From Craspedostauros australis (Eukaryota): a stretch of 32,122 nucleotides of DNA. This document shows, piece after piece, positions 1 to 11,603 of this stretch (within the stretch, counting starts at the first letter, position 1; each line of letters begins with the position of its first letter). The position numbers and the translations under genes are program-made. The stretch is taken from positions 1 to 32,122 of the forward strand of contig JALAGF010000154.1 in assembly GCA_030167865.1 (NCBI GenBank), read 5' to 3'. The notes beneath the pieces were generated by a model. That model saw only the letters and a list, made by a program, of their open reading frames with translations. It had not been told where the DNA came from and did no database searches.

Positions 1-124
1 TCTGAAATGATATCTATTGTACAGATTGAGCCAAAGAATGCTCAGCGCGGAGACTTCAAAGATGGAGGGTCGAATTTCTCGAAACAAGAGGCCAGATCCT
101 ACCAGACCCCTGTAGAATCCTACT

Positions 125-391
125 TGTAGCCAAATGTAGCCAATGAAAACCCGGTCCGTCCTTCGTCCGAAGGCAAAACCACACCAAGGGGGTCAACAAA
201 CACAAAAAGATCGATGAGATGGTAGTAACAACATTATAATGTTAACACTTGCCTGGATAGCCCTGGCTCTTAAGTTTACGTAGATGTGAAGAGATGTTGG
301 ATTGAGTGTCTATNAAACGAAGGCGGAGTTTGGGAAAAACTGATCCAAAATCTGTAGCCAACTGTAGCCAATAATCGCCAATAATCGCCAA
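125..391. repeat. Two clusters of short 10-bp-period repeats with a GCCAA core (TGTAGCCAA / AATCGCCAA)
   Basis: GCCAA occurs at 129 and 139, and at 357, 367, 377 and 387, spaced exactly 10 bp apart within each cluster, in non-coding sequence. Confidence 0.75.
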
Positions 392-1795
392 TTTTTGGGG
401 TCCGTTTGTTTGAGGCACTAGAGTGCGGTGATCACATCTGTGCTGACACATCATCTCAATGCAGGTGCTCTGTATTCGTGCTGGTATGTGCGTTGGTGTC
501 ACGGTGGAAATGCCCGCATCATGGTACAAGAAGTCCAGCGACCCTGCGCTGTTGATTCCGCAATTTTTGAGTGCCGCTGTGGCCCCCCTGCATTTCGGAT
601 GAGGAGAAACCCTGTTCGAATTGTCCGAAACGAGACGGTTCCTGACTTCGCTGGGAGTGCTCCTACGAGTGCCGCATGCAATTTAACAGCTTAGGCCTTG
701 GCGGTGCCAATTTGGCCTTGGGAGCTTTTAGATCATTCGTCTGACGTCCGCAGGAACAACAGGAGGTGAAGAAGGCAGACTCGCACGCCTGCCATCCTGT
801 TGGTTAATTATTGAGATGAACGTTAAGCCAAAGATCATATGCAGACATTCAAAGAGACTTTTTTTGTGTTTTGAATAAGTGGTAAGCATGATTATGATTA
901 ACGCCGCCTTCTTGTTTCTGCGTCTGGGCACGGAAACGAACATCGGAATAGCACGGTGTGTGTTCAGGTGACACGAGCTGATACGTTGAAGGGACAGTGA
1001 GAGAGGAAGTTCTGACGTTCGGAAACGGCGACTTCGGCGCAGCGAAACGCGTCCAATGCACAAACGCTCTGGTGGGGCTGAACGAATCCGGCCAAAAAAA
1101 AGCAAAGCGCAACCACAACGTAACGCTGTGCAGGACGATGCAACAGAACTCGACATGCTGCGACGTTTGCGTTGTGCAGTGTTGCGCCGTACTTTGCTAT
1201 GACACGGACCGGCGAAACACACAGTGCTGATGTCCGTTGCAACATCTGATGCTTCTGCCCATCCGTCCAGCAAACCAAGCACACGACCACATCCTCATCC
1301 TTCACACCCCAGGCAACCACCCGTGCACCTCTCGCCGTTCCATTGCTGCGGACAGTGTCGACTGACTCCACAACTACCTCCTACGCGAAGACGACAGTGC
1401 AACTTGCACAGGCGTTCTTGTTCCGGTGGTCCATTCGAAGGAAACTCTGTTGTTGCCCCACTTCAGAAAGGACACACAATCCTCACCCCTTTCTACGCAC
1501 CAGCGATACCGCCACCGTGAGCTACAAGGACACAGACACAGACACAACCACAATCACAATCACGACGAGACATTCTCGTACTCATAGTCGCACTTCCATC
1601 CTTCCCTGCAATTGCATTTCCATGGACACGCACATACACATGCACAGCGCACACAAAAAAACAAAGTCATCAACCCGCACCATCAAGCATCTTCTCCTCC
1701 AACGGCGGACACTGGAGGAAAGCAGAAGCGCCACCAGCACAAAAACAAACTTCAACAGCACAAGCGCGAACACTTCCTGTCAACACCTCGTTGCC

Positions 1796-4700
1796 ATGCG
1801 TACGCGGACCAAAGGCCTGTCCTTTGGGGAGACACAGGAAGACAATGAGGATGGCCACAAAGGCGATGACAGGGCCATAGCAGACGATGGTTCCGCAGAC
1901 CGGAACGAAAATAACGAAAATAACGACGACGACAGTGACACAACGGAAGAAGAGGAACTCGAAAATGAGTCCTCCGCCACCAAATCATCACAAGCAGTCT
2001 CCACGCCAGATCCACACGGAAGTTATATGGAGAACGAACAATGCAGTCCAAGTGACGCAGAGGCGAGTGGACAAGAACATGAAGGCGCTGAGGATGGCAA
2101 AGATCCAGCGGGAGCGACAGACGCTCACCACGACAGCGATGAGCTCCACGAGGACACTGAGACGGAGAACGAGACGAATATGAACAAGGACGAGAACGAG
2201 GACGAGAACGAGGACGGCAATGATGACGACGACGACGACGACTGGGATGAACACGAACATGAGCATGAGCGTGAGCACGACGAGGGGGAAGAACAAGAGC
2301 AAGAGGAAGTAAAGCAAGTTCAAAAGCAAAAGCAAAAGGAAGCCAAACAAACGGCCGCAGCGAAGCGAAGAAAGAAGCCGGGCAATGGAACAACGCTGGC
2401 CAGGTTACTGACAAAGGAAGAAGAGGCGAAGGTGTGGGAAACGTTGGACGCAAAGTACGCGCACGTGTTGAAATGTGAGGAACCTCTCGAACATGACAAA
2501 AAGCGTGGGATCACTATCCTGGACGCCAAAACGAATAGGAACTGGGAGGCAAACTTCAGAGAGTTGCTGGTGTTCAAGGAGGTGTATGGTCACACGGTCG
2601 TTCCTAAGCTGTTCCCTGAAAATGAACGTGTCTCCAGATTCGTCGTCAACAACCGCAAATGGATGCAAAAGATGATCAAGAACAACGAAAAGACCCGGCT
2701 TTCCCAGTCCCGAATCGATCGTCTGAATGCCATCGATTTCGTGTGGCAACCAAAGAAAAACAAGGGATTCTGGATGGCGCACTTCAACCGTAAGGTAAGA
2801 CTGAAATCCGCGATACGGCCAGCCCAAAACGAAGCACGCCACAGCAATACTTTGCCCCGATGCAGGTCAGCAGCAATTACCAGCGGCGACCATCGGAAGG
2901 GTCGAATGAACGCGCGTGTGATTGCATCTTCTGTGCGACGTTGACAGTAACCATGTTGGCGACTGCAACGCTGACGGTACCAGCAGCGGCGCTATGCCTG
3001 TTGTTGTTGTCGTCGTCGTCGTCGCCTTCTTTGGTGCTGTTGTGCAATACGATCTACTTGTAACCAAGCGCATCTTCGATCCCATCTTCGCGCTCCACAA
3101 CTCCCACGCATTCCGTGCCGACCTTCTGTGACTCACCACTATTTTTCGTTCGCACCACTGTCTTCCACTACAATATTAATATTATTGTATGGTATTCTAT
3201 TCTATTATATAATACCACTCCATATCATATTCCACATACCACCACGCAAAATCGCTACTGACACTCGCACACCACAATATTGGTGCTGTGTACAGGAAAG
3301 CGTTGAGAAATTCCTGGATATGCTGGAGGAATTGAAGAAGTACAAGGAGAAGCACGGCACTTGCCTGGTTCCGAAAGTCTGCACAACACACGTCGTAAGT
3401 TCAAGGGCACGCTCACGCGTTGCAACACCACGCCACCGACGGGAACATCATCTGCGAGTTTCCCACTCCGTTGCTTTCGTCATTGTGTTGCAGGGTGCGA
3501 TACCACACGAGTACACCCCGATCCATTATTCTGAAGAGAGGAGTATGACGTACACATTCGATCCCTGCATGCCATTGCTCCATGTGAAAATGTCCATTGA
3601 CTCTTCCTCACAAACGTTGCATCCGTTCTCCTCATTCGCTTTCTCAACGGATGTGAATGGTGCCCTCACTGTCGCGTATTACGACTATATCATGTTACGA
3701 TGCATCCATTTTTGGCTTCAATCATCAGGAGCTGTCCAAGTGGGTCGTCCGACAACGAGCGTTATACCGAAACAAGACGAGAGGACAATTCAGCAGTCTC
3801 ACTGACGAGAAGGAAAAAATGCTGCGAGACATCGGGTTCGTATTCAATTCACACAAGTCGGTACGTCAACGCGAATGCGCCCATGATTACGAAGCTGAGA
3901 TGTCTCGTGAGACAGATCTACGCACAGCATTGCCCGTATTCAGCTCGTTTCGTGTTCTGTCGGTGGCCTTCATTGTCTTCACATCATGAGCTTTCGTGGA
4001 CGCAACCTCTCGTGCACCTTTCTGTGCTCTGTTCATGTGTGATCAAGACCATCCTGTGATGGCTACAACGATGCCTACGACGATGGATCGTACGATTGGC
4101 CAAACAGTATCGCCTCGTTATTGCGCGCTTCAACGGACGCTCACCTGCACACTTGCACTTCGTCATTCTGCGCCATTCGCTCAATACAGGAGCTCCCTCG
4201 CCGCAGTCTGTACACGTTGTTCGCTGGAAAATGGGAGGCGAAGTATGCTGAACTCGTCAAGTTTCGTGAGAAAAATGGTCATGTTCACGTCCCTCGCCGG
4301 CGCAAAGGATGCGAAGCCCTGGGTTCGTGGGCGCAACGTCAGCGTCAGCACTACAGGTTGAAGCTGGCTGGCAAACCAAGTTGCCTCACTCCATATAGGT
4401 ACAACAAGCTCAAGGCGATCAACTTTCCATTCTCGGTGGACGGCAAAGGTATTGGTGTGCCGGACACTGAGGATGGAAGTTGGGAAGAACTCGAATTTAA
4501 CGAGAACGAATTGTACGAGAGTCGCTGTCATGAAGCCAACGTGTGAGTCGATCATGTGTCGTGGTGGGATCCAACGCAACACAGTGTAACAAGCTTTGTG
4601 GTGTCGCATGTGCTTTCATGCCCATCGAGCTGTGCTCGTGACTACCAGCAAAAATGCAGCTTCCGTCGATGTTGCAGTGGCTCCATTCTGATTCACATTC

Positions 4701-6139
4701 GTGCCCACACAAGCAGTCCAAACTCACATGTCACCATGTTTTCAATATCGTTTGTCATGGCATGCTTCGTGATGGAACGCAATGAATTGCTCTGCTTTGC
4801 GACGGATGGCCTCTGCGTCCACTTCTGTGTCTGTTTCTGCTTCCATCTCCACAAATTGCAATCGCGTAGCTCTGATGACGACGAAGGTTCCAAGGCAGAC
4901 ATGGCAGAAGAAGAGCAACAATCCAACGCCAAGAATACGGGCAGCGACAACGAGGGAGAGGTCGAGGTTGAGACGGAGAAGGAAGACAAGGGGGATTTTG
5001 GAAGACCACTGTATGTCAACAACTACAACTACTACCAAAATGATGAGTTGATCAACAAGGAGCTCGGCATAGACGACATAAAGGTGGCAGCAATGAAAGA
5101 ACCGGAGAAGAAGGAAGATGGACGGAAAATACGAACCGTGGCGAAGAAGAAGACTGCTCGTAAGAGTAGCACGAGATCGCGGCGGAACACTAGGTACCAA
5201 CCACAAGCGCACAGCGACGAGTCGGATTCCGACAATTCGATCGACGATTTCATCTTGGCACTTGAGCTGGCGGATGAGGAAACCGCGGTACATCATGATG
5301 CCATGGTGGGCAACACTGGAAAAGCGCCAGAGCAGGAGCAACAGCAGGTAGTGGAGGAAGACGAGGAAGAAGGAGAAAAGCAAGATAGCAAACCCAGGGC
5401 TGCAGGTTTTGCCAAAGAGAACACGCAAGCAGCATCGCCTGACAATGAAGATGATGAAACGGAAGATGAGCATATGCTTGGAGAGAGTGACGGCCATGTT
5501 AGCGAGGGCATTCACGATGAAGAAGAAGAAGAAGAAGAAGCGGAGGAGGAGGCAAATCGACATGCTGCCGTAGTTGCTGTGGCTGCCCGCCGCAAAGCTC
5601 CGTTGGCAAAGAAAGTAAAAACAGAGGCAGCGAGATCAACGCATGGAGCCAAACAGCGACCAGCGCGAACGCTTGTGAAAATGGTGGCATTGAAACAATC
5701 TCCCGAGAAGCCGAAGCCGACCAAACCCACTCGCTTGAAACAATCGCAGCGGGGTGTGGAACCAAGGAAACAGGATCGACCAACGAGATCAAAGCCTTCA
5801 CAAGCGAAAGCACAGCGGGAACTCAGCAGAAATCGTAGTAGAAGCAGAAACGCAGAGAAGGCCACAGCACGTTCCAAACGAGCTCGACAGCCCGATGTTG
5901 AAAGGCTGAAGCCGACTCAACGCATTTCAAGAAAGAGCACGAAACCTCCCAAACGGAGCAGATCGCCGGCCGGAAAGTCGACCAAGAGGCGGAGGATCGG
6001 TCCCGCTGTCAGCCGCAGCAGCACAGAAACTTGGAGCAAGCCCTTCAATTGCTCCGTTTGCGGCACGAAAAATTCTGGCTCGTACATTGACCATCAGGTA
6101 CACATGGTCCGGTGCACTAATTTTGAATTTGCACACTGA
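1796..6139 (+). CDS. Helicase-associated (HA) domain protein with 3 HA repeats, acidic N-terminus, basic C-terminal region and terminal C2HC zinc finger; ~950 aa, 5 exons: 1796-2794, 3296-3394, 3729-3860, 4190-4542, 4870-6139
   Basis: Three HA-type repeats: WEANFRELLVFKEVYGHTVVP...RIDRLNAIDFVW; FLDMLEELKKYKEKHGTCLVP/ELSKWVVRQR...LRDIGFVF; WEAKYAELVKFREKNGHVHVP...LGSWAQRQR...LKAINFPF. Donors GTAAGA (2795), GTAAGT (3395), GTACGT (3861) and GTGAGT (4543) pair with YAG acceptors ending at 3295, 3728, 4189 and 4869 and keep the frame (2853 nt = 951 codons). The start ATG at 1796 is inferred. Confidence 0.85.
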
Positions 6140-6296
6140 TGGTGAAGCGCAGTTATCGCGGGTGAAAGGAGCGGGCAAGTATGGCATGGTCGCCGGATGA
6201 TACAGGATGCACACTCAAAGAGTAGAGAAAGAGTAGCCTCCATTTAGGGTTATTGTTCGTGATATTCCCTTGAATTGAATTAGTCGTCACGCCACG

Positions 6297-7754
6297 TTAA
6301 AGTTCATCGTCGTCGTCGCCACCACCCTCCTCTTCGTTTTCGCGAATGTATTCATTGTTGTGAAAGCCGCCAAGTTCGCCATTCCTGTTGGCGCCATGGC
6401 TTGGAGATTGAGCACATGTGGCTATTTCTGCTTCTATGAGGTTTCCATGCTCGACTTCCCCTGTGTTGCTGGTTGCGTCTTCCACTTTTGACTGCGGTCC
6501 TTGCTGCGCTGGTAGTAACTGTTGCTGTACTGGTAGTTTCGGTATCCAATTTGCGTGTTCGTGGAGATTCATGACGAAGTTCGGACTAGAAACGTGGATG
6601 CGCAACCAATCAAAATCCTTGACATCGATCGGGTCCACGACGTCAAACGTGACCTTGGTGCAACCTTCAAGGATGGCGGTGGAGGAGAGTCTGGACACTT
6701 GCAGGATAAATTGAGTACACTCGTGCAACCGGATCTGCTGACACGACAGGTTTTGAACCCTTGACTGGTGACAGCCGGTGGCGTGCAATGCGGTGCGAAT
6801 CTCGTCGTAAAACACAACGACACTGTTCTGGATGTTGCGAATGTAAATGGCCTCCATGGATTTTTGAATCTCGATGGTGCAATCTCGCAAGTCTTCAATG
6901 CACAGCGCAGACATGGAGATAGGATTGAGGGTCTCTTCGCTGCCGCTGTTGCTATTGTAGCTGCTGTCTTTGGAGGCACGTTGCAGGCTCCCGTGTTTCG
7001 ACACGCTGCCGTCGCGGTGGACTCGAATCGTGCAGTTAAAGTAGCCCGTGATGACTGATCGATTCGTGTGCAAGATCGGTGCAGTTGGCCTGTTCGGCGC
7101 GGTTGCAGATGATACCGATGCTTCTGATGCCGAAGCTGATTCTGATACATCGACGCCTGCGGTCCCCGCATTTTGCTGCTGCTGCTGCTGCTGTTGCTGT
7201 TGCTTTGCGATCGCTTCACGATACCGGCGAAACACGAACTTGCCCTTGGGCAGTATCTGTTCCTTGATGGTCTCCCACCGTTCGAAGTGCTTCGAGAATT
7301 CGGTATGCAGCAATTTCCATTCCGTGGCAGGTAGTTTGGGAACGTCCATTGTCACGATGGTTGCTGAGGTTGAATCTGTACTCTGTGGCGTGGTCGCCGT
7401 GGACGTCATCGAAAAGCAATGGCTTCGAAGGTTGTAAAGTTCCTGACGTAAACCGATCAGATCTTGGCGAACGTTTGCATCCGACGATCTCGGTGTGCCA
7501 CTGACAGCGCCGTCGCCATCATCAGCAACATGATCTGGGCCACCCTGCGCTGCTTGCTGCTCCTGCAATCCCTCAAGGCGTTGATTCCAGTCGTCCAGCT
7601 CCGATCGCAATGCTGACCAAAAGACCAGCAATCCGTCGGCGGCTTTGCGACGTTGTTCCTGCTTTTCACCTTGTGAGGCCTGCTTCAGCCGCTCCCGTTG
7701 GCCGGCAAGGAATCGTTGCTCCCTGAGGTTGCACTGGGATTCGCTATCGATCAT
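6297..7754 (-). CDS. TBCC: Tubulin-specific chaperone C (tubulin-binding cofactor C)
   Basis: C-CAP/cofactor-C beta-helix with CQQIRLHEC (catalytic Arg motif), AILEGC and VKDFDWLR..SPNF. The N-terminal helical region ends in LPKGKFVFRR, like TBCC_N. Single exon; the start at ATG 7754 is inferred (ORF open to 7973). Confidence 0.88.
   Translation of the reverse strand: MIDSESQCNLREQRFLAGQRERLKQASQGEKQEQRRKAADGLLVFWSALRSELDDWNQRLEGLQEQQAAQGGPDHVADDGDGAVSGTPRSSDANVRQDLIGLRQELYNLRSHCFSMTSTATTPQSTDSTSATIVTMDVPKLPATEWKLLHTEFSKHFERWETIKEQILPKGKFVFRRYREAIAKQQQQQQQQQQNAGTAGVDVSESASASEASVSSATAPNRPTAPILHTNRSVITGYFNCTIRVHRDGSVSKHGSLQRASKDSSYNSNSGSEETLNPISMSALCIEDLRDCTIEIQKSMEAIYIRNIQNSVVVFYDEIRTALHATGCHQSRVQNLSCQQIRLHECTQFILQVSRLSSTAILEGCTKVTFDVVDPIDVKDFDWLRIHVSSPNFVMNLHEHANWIPKLPVQQQLLPAQQGPQSKVEDATSNTGEVEHGNLIEAEIATCAQSPSHGANRNGELGGFHNNEYIRENEEEGGGDDDDEL
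7174..7204 (-). repeat. CAG/CAA trinucleotide repeat encoding poly-Q in TBCC
   Basis: TGCTGCTGC... on the + strand, translating to KQQQQQQQQQQN. Confidence 0.9.
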
Positions 7755-8636
7755 GGCGCCGAGATGTTTGGTTCCCCTCGGACAAGAGAGACAGACAGAG
7801 GGAGAGGCTTTGTTTGACCTTTGGCGTGCGTCACTACGACTATGTTGTGGGAGCAACATGGGAGTGATTTTGCTGCGTTGCTGTTGGTGTCCTGCGATCA
7901 TTGGTGTGGCATGGAGTTGTAGTTTGATGCTGTGGTTTGTTTTGAGTCGCGTGACAGACAACCACAACCACATGCTAGTAGGTCTTGGGTAGGTCCGGTA
8001 CTTGAATAGAGGGAACGTGCGTATCTGATGTTGGTGCTTCAGTCAAGCGTACTCGTACTTTCTGCTACCCTTCATGGAGCACGCCCATCTGACCAAGAGA
8101 CACGAGACAACCGGATACTCCATACCTTTCACCTACACATACACTCGTATGGGTAATTCCTGTCCTGCTTCCGTGCCAAACGACCATTCTCATCACTGCC
8201 AGTGCCGGCACAGACAATCTTCAGACCAGGTGTATTCTCCTCACGTCATCAAAATCGTTTCGCTTATTTATTGAGTTGCTCTACGAGTACAGGTACCATC
8301 CTATTGCGTATGTGTGGTCATGTATGAATGCTTGCTTGCTTGTTTGTTTGCATCTTCATTTGCTTGTGGAGTCCCACCGCTTCCATGTCGAGATCTACTG
8401 CTGTCAAGAAAAGTCGACGTGGAATGCGCCGCCGGAGCCTTGCGCAATCCAGGGACTCGGCGGCATTGCCTGTGCGCCATTCTACAAATGCCGATGCCTC
8501 GGAAGCCATCTATCATATTAGATTAAACATTGATTTGAGTGACCACGGACTTAGCCCCGGCGATCATATTCGTACGGTACATCCAATACTGACAATCGCG
8601 CGCTCAGTCCTGCTGCGTTCACTCTGCTCGCTGCGA

Positions 8637-10390
8637 TTAACGTTGTTGCGGCTGCTCGACATCAGTGACATCTGCAGCATTCGTTAGATGGTTGTCACTG
8701 GCCTGCGTTGTCAGGGGAAGGTTTGGATCTCTGGTCGGTAGAAAGGAAATGGAGGACCGTGGTCCAGTTGTTGTCATTGTTGATGTGACCTCAATGATGG
8801 TGGCTGGCCCAAGACCACGATGCACCGTGCGCAGGGGCAGAATTCCAAAGTTGGTGGAAAAATTGGAAGGGATTCGTGGCCTTGTGACGTGCATGCTGAA
8901 CGGGTCGTTGGATGTGATGGGCTCAATCGTGCAGAATTCCTGCCGACAGCATGGGCATCTCGGCTCGTCCTTCTTGGCTAACCAAGGGATGATGCAGTCC
9001 TTGTGGAATGCATGTTGGCACTCCACCTTCTTCGAGAAGCAAACCACGTCATCGATCTCGTATGAAGACAAACAGATGGCGCATCCACCGAGGACGTCAC
9101 GATTTCCGTTGGGCGAGATGTCTGGCAACCGCAGCACGGCATCGTCAAAATCGCTATCCATGGGAATGTCATCTGTCTCCGTATCTTCCGTTACTGTTGT
9201 CACCGCTGGCGCTGCTGGTACCGCCGCTGCTGTTTTGACTGATGTTGCGGTATCCCCAGTTTCTATGTCGTCAGCTTTCGCTGCACTGGCAGCAGCTGTA
9301 TCTGCGGTCACATCCACGATGTCATCCGGCTTTGTTTCCACTTCGTCGACATCATCATTGGCAGCGACTTTCCTGTCATCTTCCTCTGCAGCTTGTGTTG
9401 CTGTGGCATCTTCTCTGGGATCGGTGGGTGTGACCGTGGCCGTGGCCGCGGCAGGTTGCGGGACGGAAGAAGATGAACTGGTTTCACCTTCTTCCCTCTT
9501 CGCGATGTGTTCTGCTTTAACAAGCTGTGCCCATGAGGGGATGGTGCATGACGGGTGGTGGATGGTGGAACACCAACGCAAAAGCGCACGTGAATGCATC
9601 GAGAAACATCGAACGGTACACCAGGCATCGACGTGGGGTCGAGCAGACAAACGAAAAGCAGAGGAAGGGAAAGAAGCAAGGAGCATGTGTGCGGTACCAT
9701 GGTGTTGGAAAGAGGTGTTTGGGTACAGTCAGCGATTCGGTAAGATGGATGCGACGAAGAGAACCAAGGAGGGAGAGGTGCCGTGCTCGTAGGCAGCAGC
9801 TCCCGAGCCAACCCTGAAGGCAGCAGCATCGGAATGCGAATGGGGCAATACCCAGACCAATCGGCAGCAGCAGATGGAAGCGCAGATGAATGCATTCTCG
9901 ACTGGCCGGCCTCGAACGGCCGAACGAATGGAAGGAACGAAAAGAATACAATGCAACTTACAAATGTGGTCTCTTTGAGTTCTTCGGCGAGGCGTCTCGT
10001 GCGCTCGGCGCGAACCTCTTCTCCATCCCTCCGATGGCTAGATCTCTGTATTTGCAAATTGTTGAGAATGAAGAGGCTCTGCTGCTGGATCTGCTCGAAG
10101 TCTGCCTGCTGCTGCTGGATCCTGGCCTCTATGAGACGTCGTCGGCGGTAGGCACAGCATGTCGGGAGCACGCAGCAGATGACCAGGAAGACGTACCAGA
10201 GAAGAAATGCAACGAATTCGTATGCGTCGCTGCTGTCATCCGAATTGGGTGGAGTGGGGTCAAGAGTGGGCCCACCATCACTGCCTGTGCTGTTCGAAAA
10301 GCGACTACCCAGATGATCAAGGACCCGCGAAGTGATGACGCTCGCAGGCATTTGCGCAGTGACATCGTTGTAAGGTGAAGGGCTGTCCAT
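8637..10390 (-). CDS. Transmembrane RING-H2 E3 ubiquitin ligase (ATL-like); ~438 aa, exons 10390-9962 and 9524-8637
   Basis: RING-H2 motif CAICLSSY...ECQHAFHKDCIIPWL...RCPCCR. An N-terminal TM helix (FVAFLLWYVFLVICCVLPTCCAY) is followed by RRRR. A phase-0 intron at 9961-9525 (GTAAGT...CACAG) joins the two long ORFs in frame. Confidence 0.88.
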
Positions 10391-11603
10391 CGTGATTGCA
10401 AAGGTTCCTATCGTCCCTTCGTTCTTTCTTTCTGTCTTCCTCTCCAACCGATGGAACGGTGTACTCGTCGAGTATGTGCGTGTGCAATTGCTTGTCCTTC
10501 TTTGTGTTGGTTGGTACGACTGCGGCCGTCGGTGTGAGACTTTAATCAAGCCTCTGGTGTCGGCTTCAACGATGCCGAGTGCGCGGGTTGCCGCTGCGGG
10601 ATCCAAAACCGGCGCCAACGTCGCAGAGCGTTTGGAAGATGGCGCCTGCGGAGTGGAGGGCTGGAGCGTTGTCGTGGGGGCAGTGGCTTCGCGTCAAACA
10701 GAACCTCTCCTGTGTTGTGCGCGCGCAGTCTTGGCGGCGCTTTTTGCTTCGCTTCGCGAGGCTTGTTTCCTTGGCCCTCTGGAGAGCCAGGTATTCTGGC
10801 ACCGTTCGCTGTCTGTTCCTGTCCTTTGTCTTTCCTTCACGCTGCACTTGAGTATAGTAAGGAGGCGATGGGACTGGAACAAGCTTGCGCTTCGAGAGTG
10901 ATTGCGGATGTGCTTGTGCTTCTGCTTCTGCTTGTGCTTGTGATGCTGTGAGTGGTGATGTCAGCGATGATGGGGGCAGGAATGATCAGATGGGTTCAAT
11001 CCCCGACCTTGGTCAGAGCCGGAAGCAGTCGCAACCCGTAACTCCTGTTCATGCAGCATCGGTCGTGTCGGTGGTGGCGTCGTTGGAGTCGTTGCTGGTG
11101 GACGAATCGTCCTTGTCCCCCTTGTTTTTCGGCCTCGTTCGTGTTCGGCGGCAAAGGTGGAGAAGGGAAATCCAACAGGAACCGTGCACGCGACATTCTT
11201 CTGTTCTCTCCTGTTCTGTTTCCCTCCAATTCCAGTCGCGGATAGGCCCTGAGTCAGGCCTTTAATCCCACTGTGTTGACTGGACGGATTCAAAGACAAC
11301 TCCACAAACAATCGTGATACAACACACTCGTGAATGGGTGTCCTCGCCACTCATTTTTCGTCGCGAACGATGTCGGCGAGATGGTGATAACCATGGCGGC
11401 GATGGTGGCGGTGGGCAACACGCTCCAACGCCGTCTTCGAAGTGATGGCACATTCTCCGTCGCAACACGCACAGATCCGACTTCGCTGGTGCTGTGCTTG
11501 TTCCTCTCTGAAGCATCAACGCTACCATCATTGGCGTGACTGTGCGCAGAAGCCACCTCTATCAGTACAGACAACCAAAAGCCACCGGCCGACCTGATTG
11601 ATT

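Noticed and set aside
397-412. GGGGTCCGTTTG resembling a PIF/Harbinger TIR
   Set aside because: No inverted partner or TAA/TTA TSD was found in the window.
1343-1795. N-terminal extension of the HA ORF from a TTG start
   Set aside because: Non-ATG start in a eukaryote, and the sequence is CA-rich and 5'UTR-like. ATG 1796 is preferred, although in-frame upstream ATGs (e.g. 1622) cannot be excluded.
8665-9792. 375-aa plus-strand ORF and similar long antisense ORFs (e.g. 4742-5563, 17098-17892, 18259-19044)
   Set aside because: These are shadows of real genes on the opposite strand and contain no motifs.
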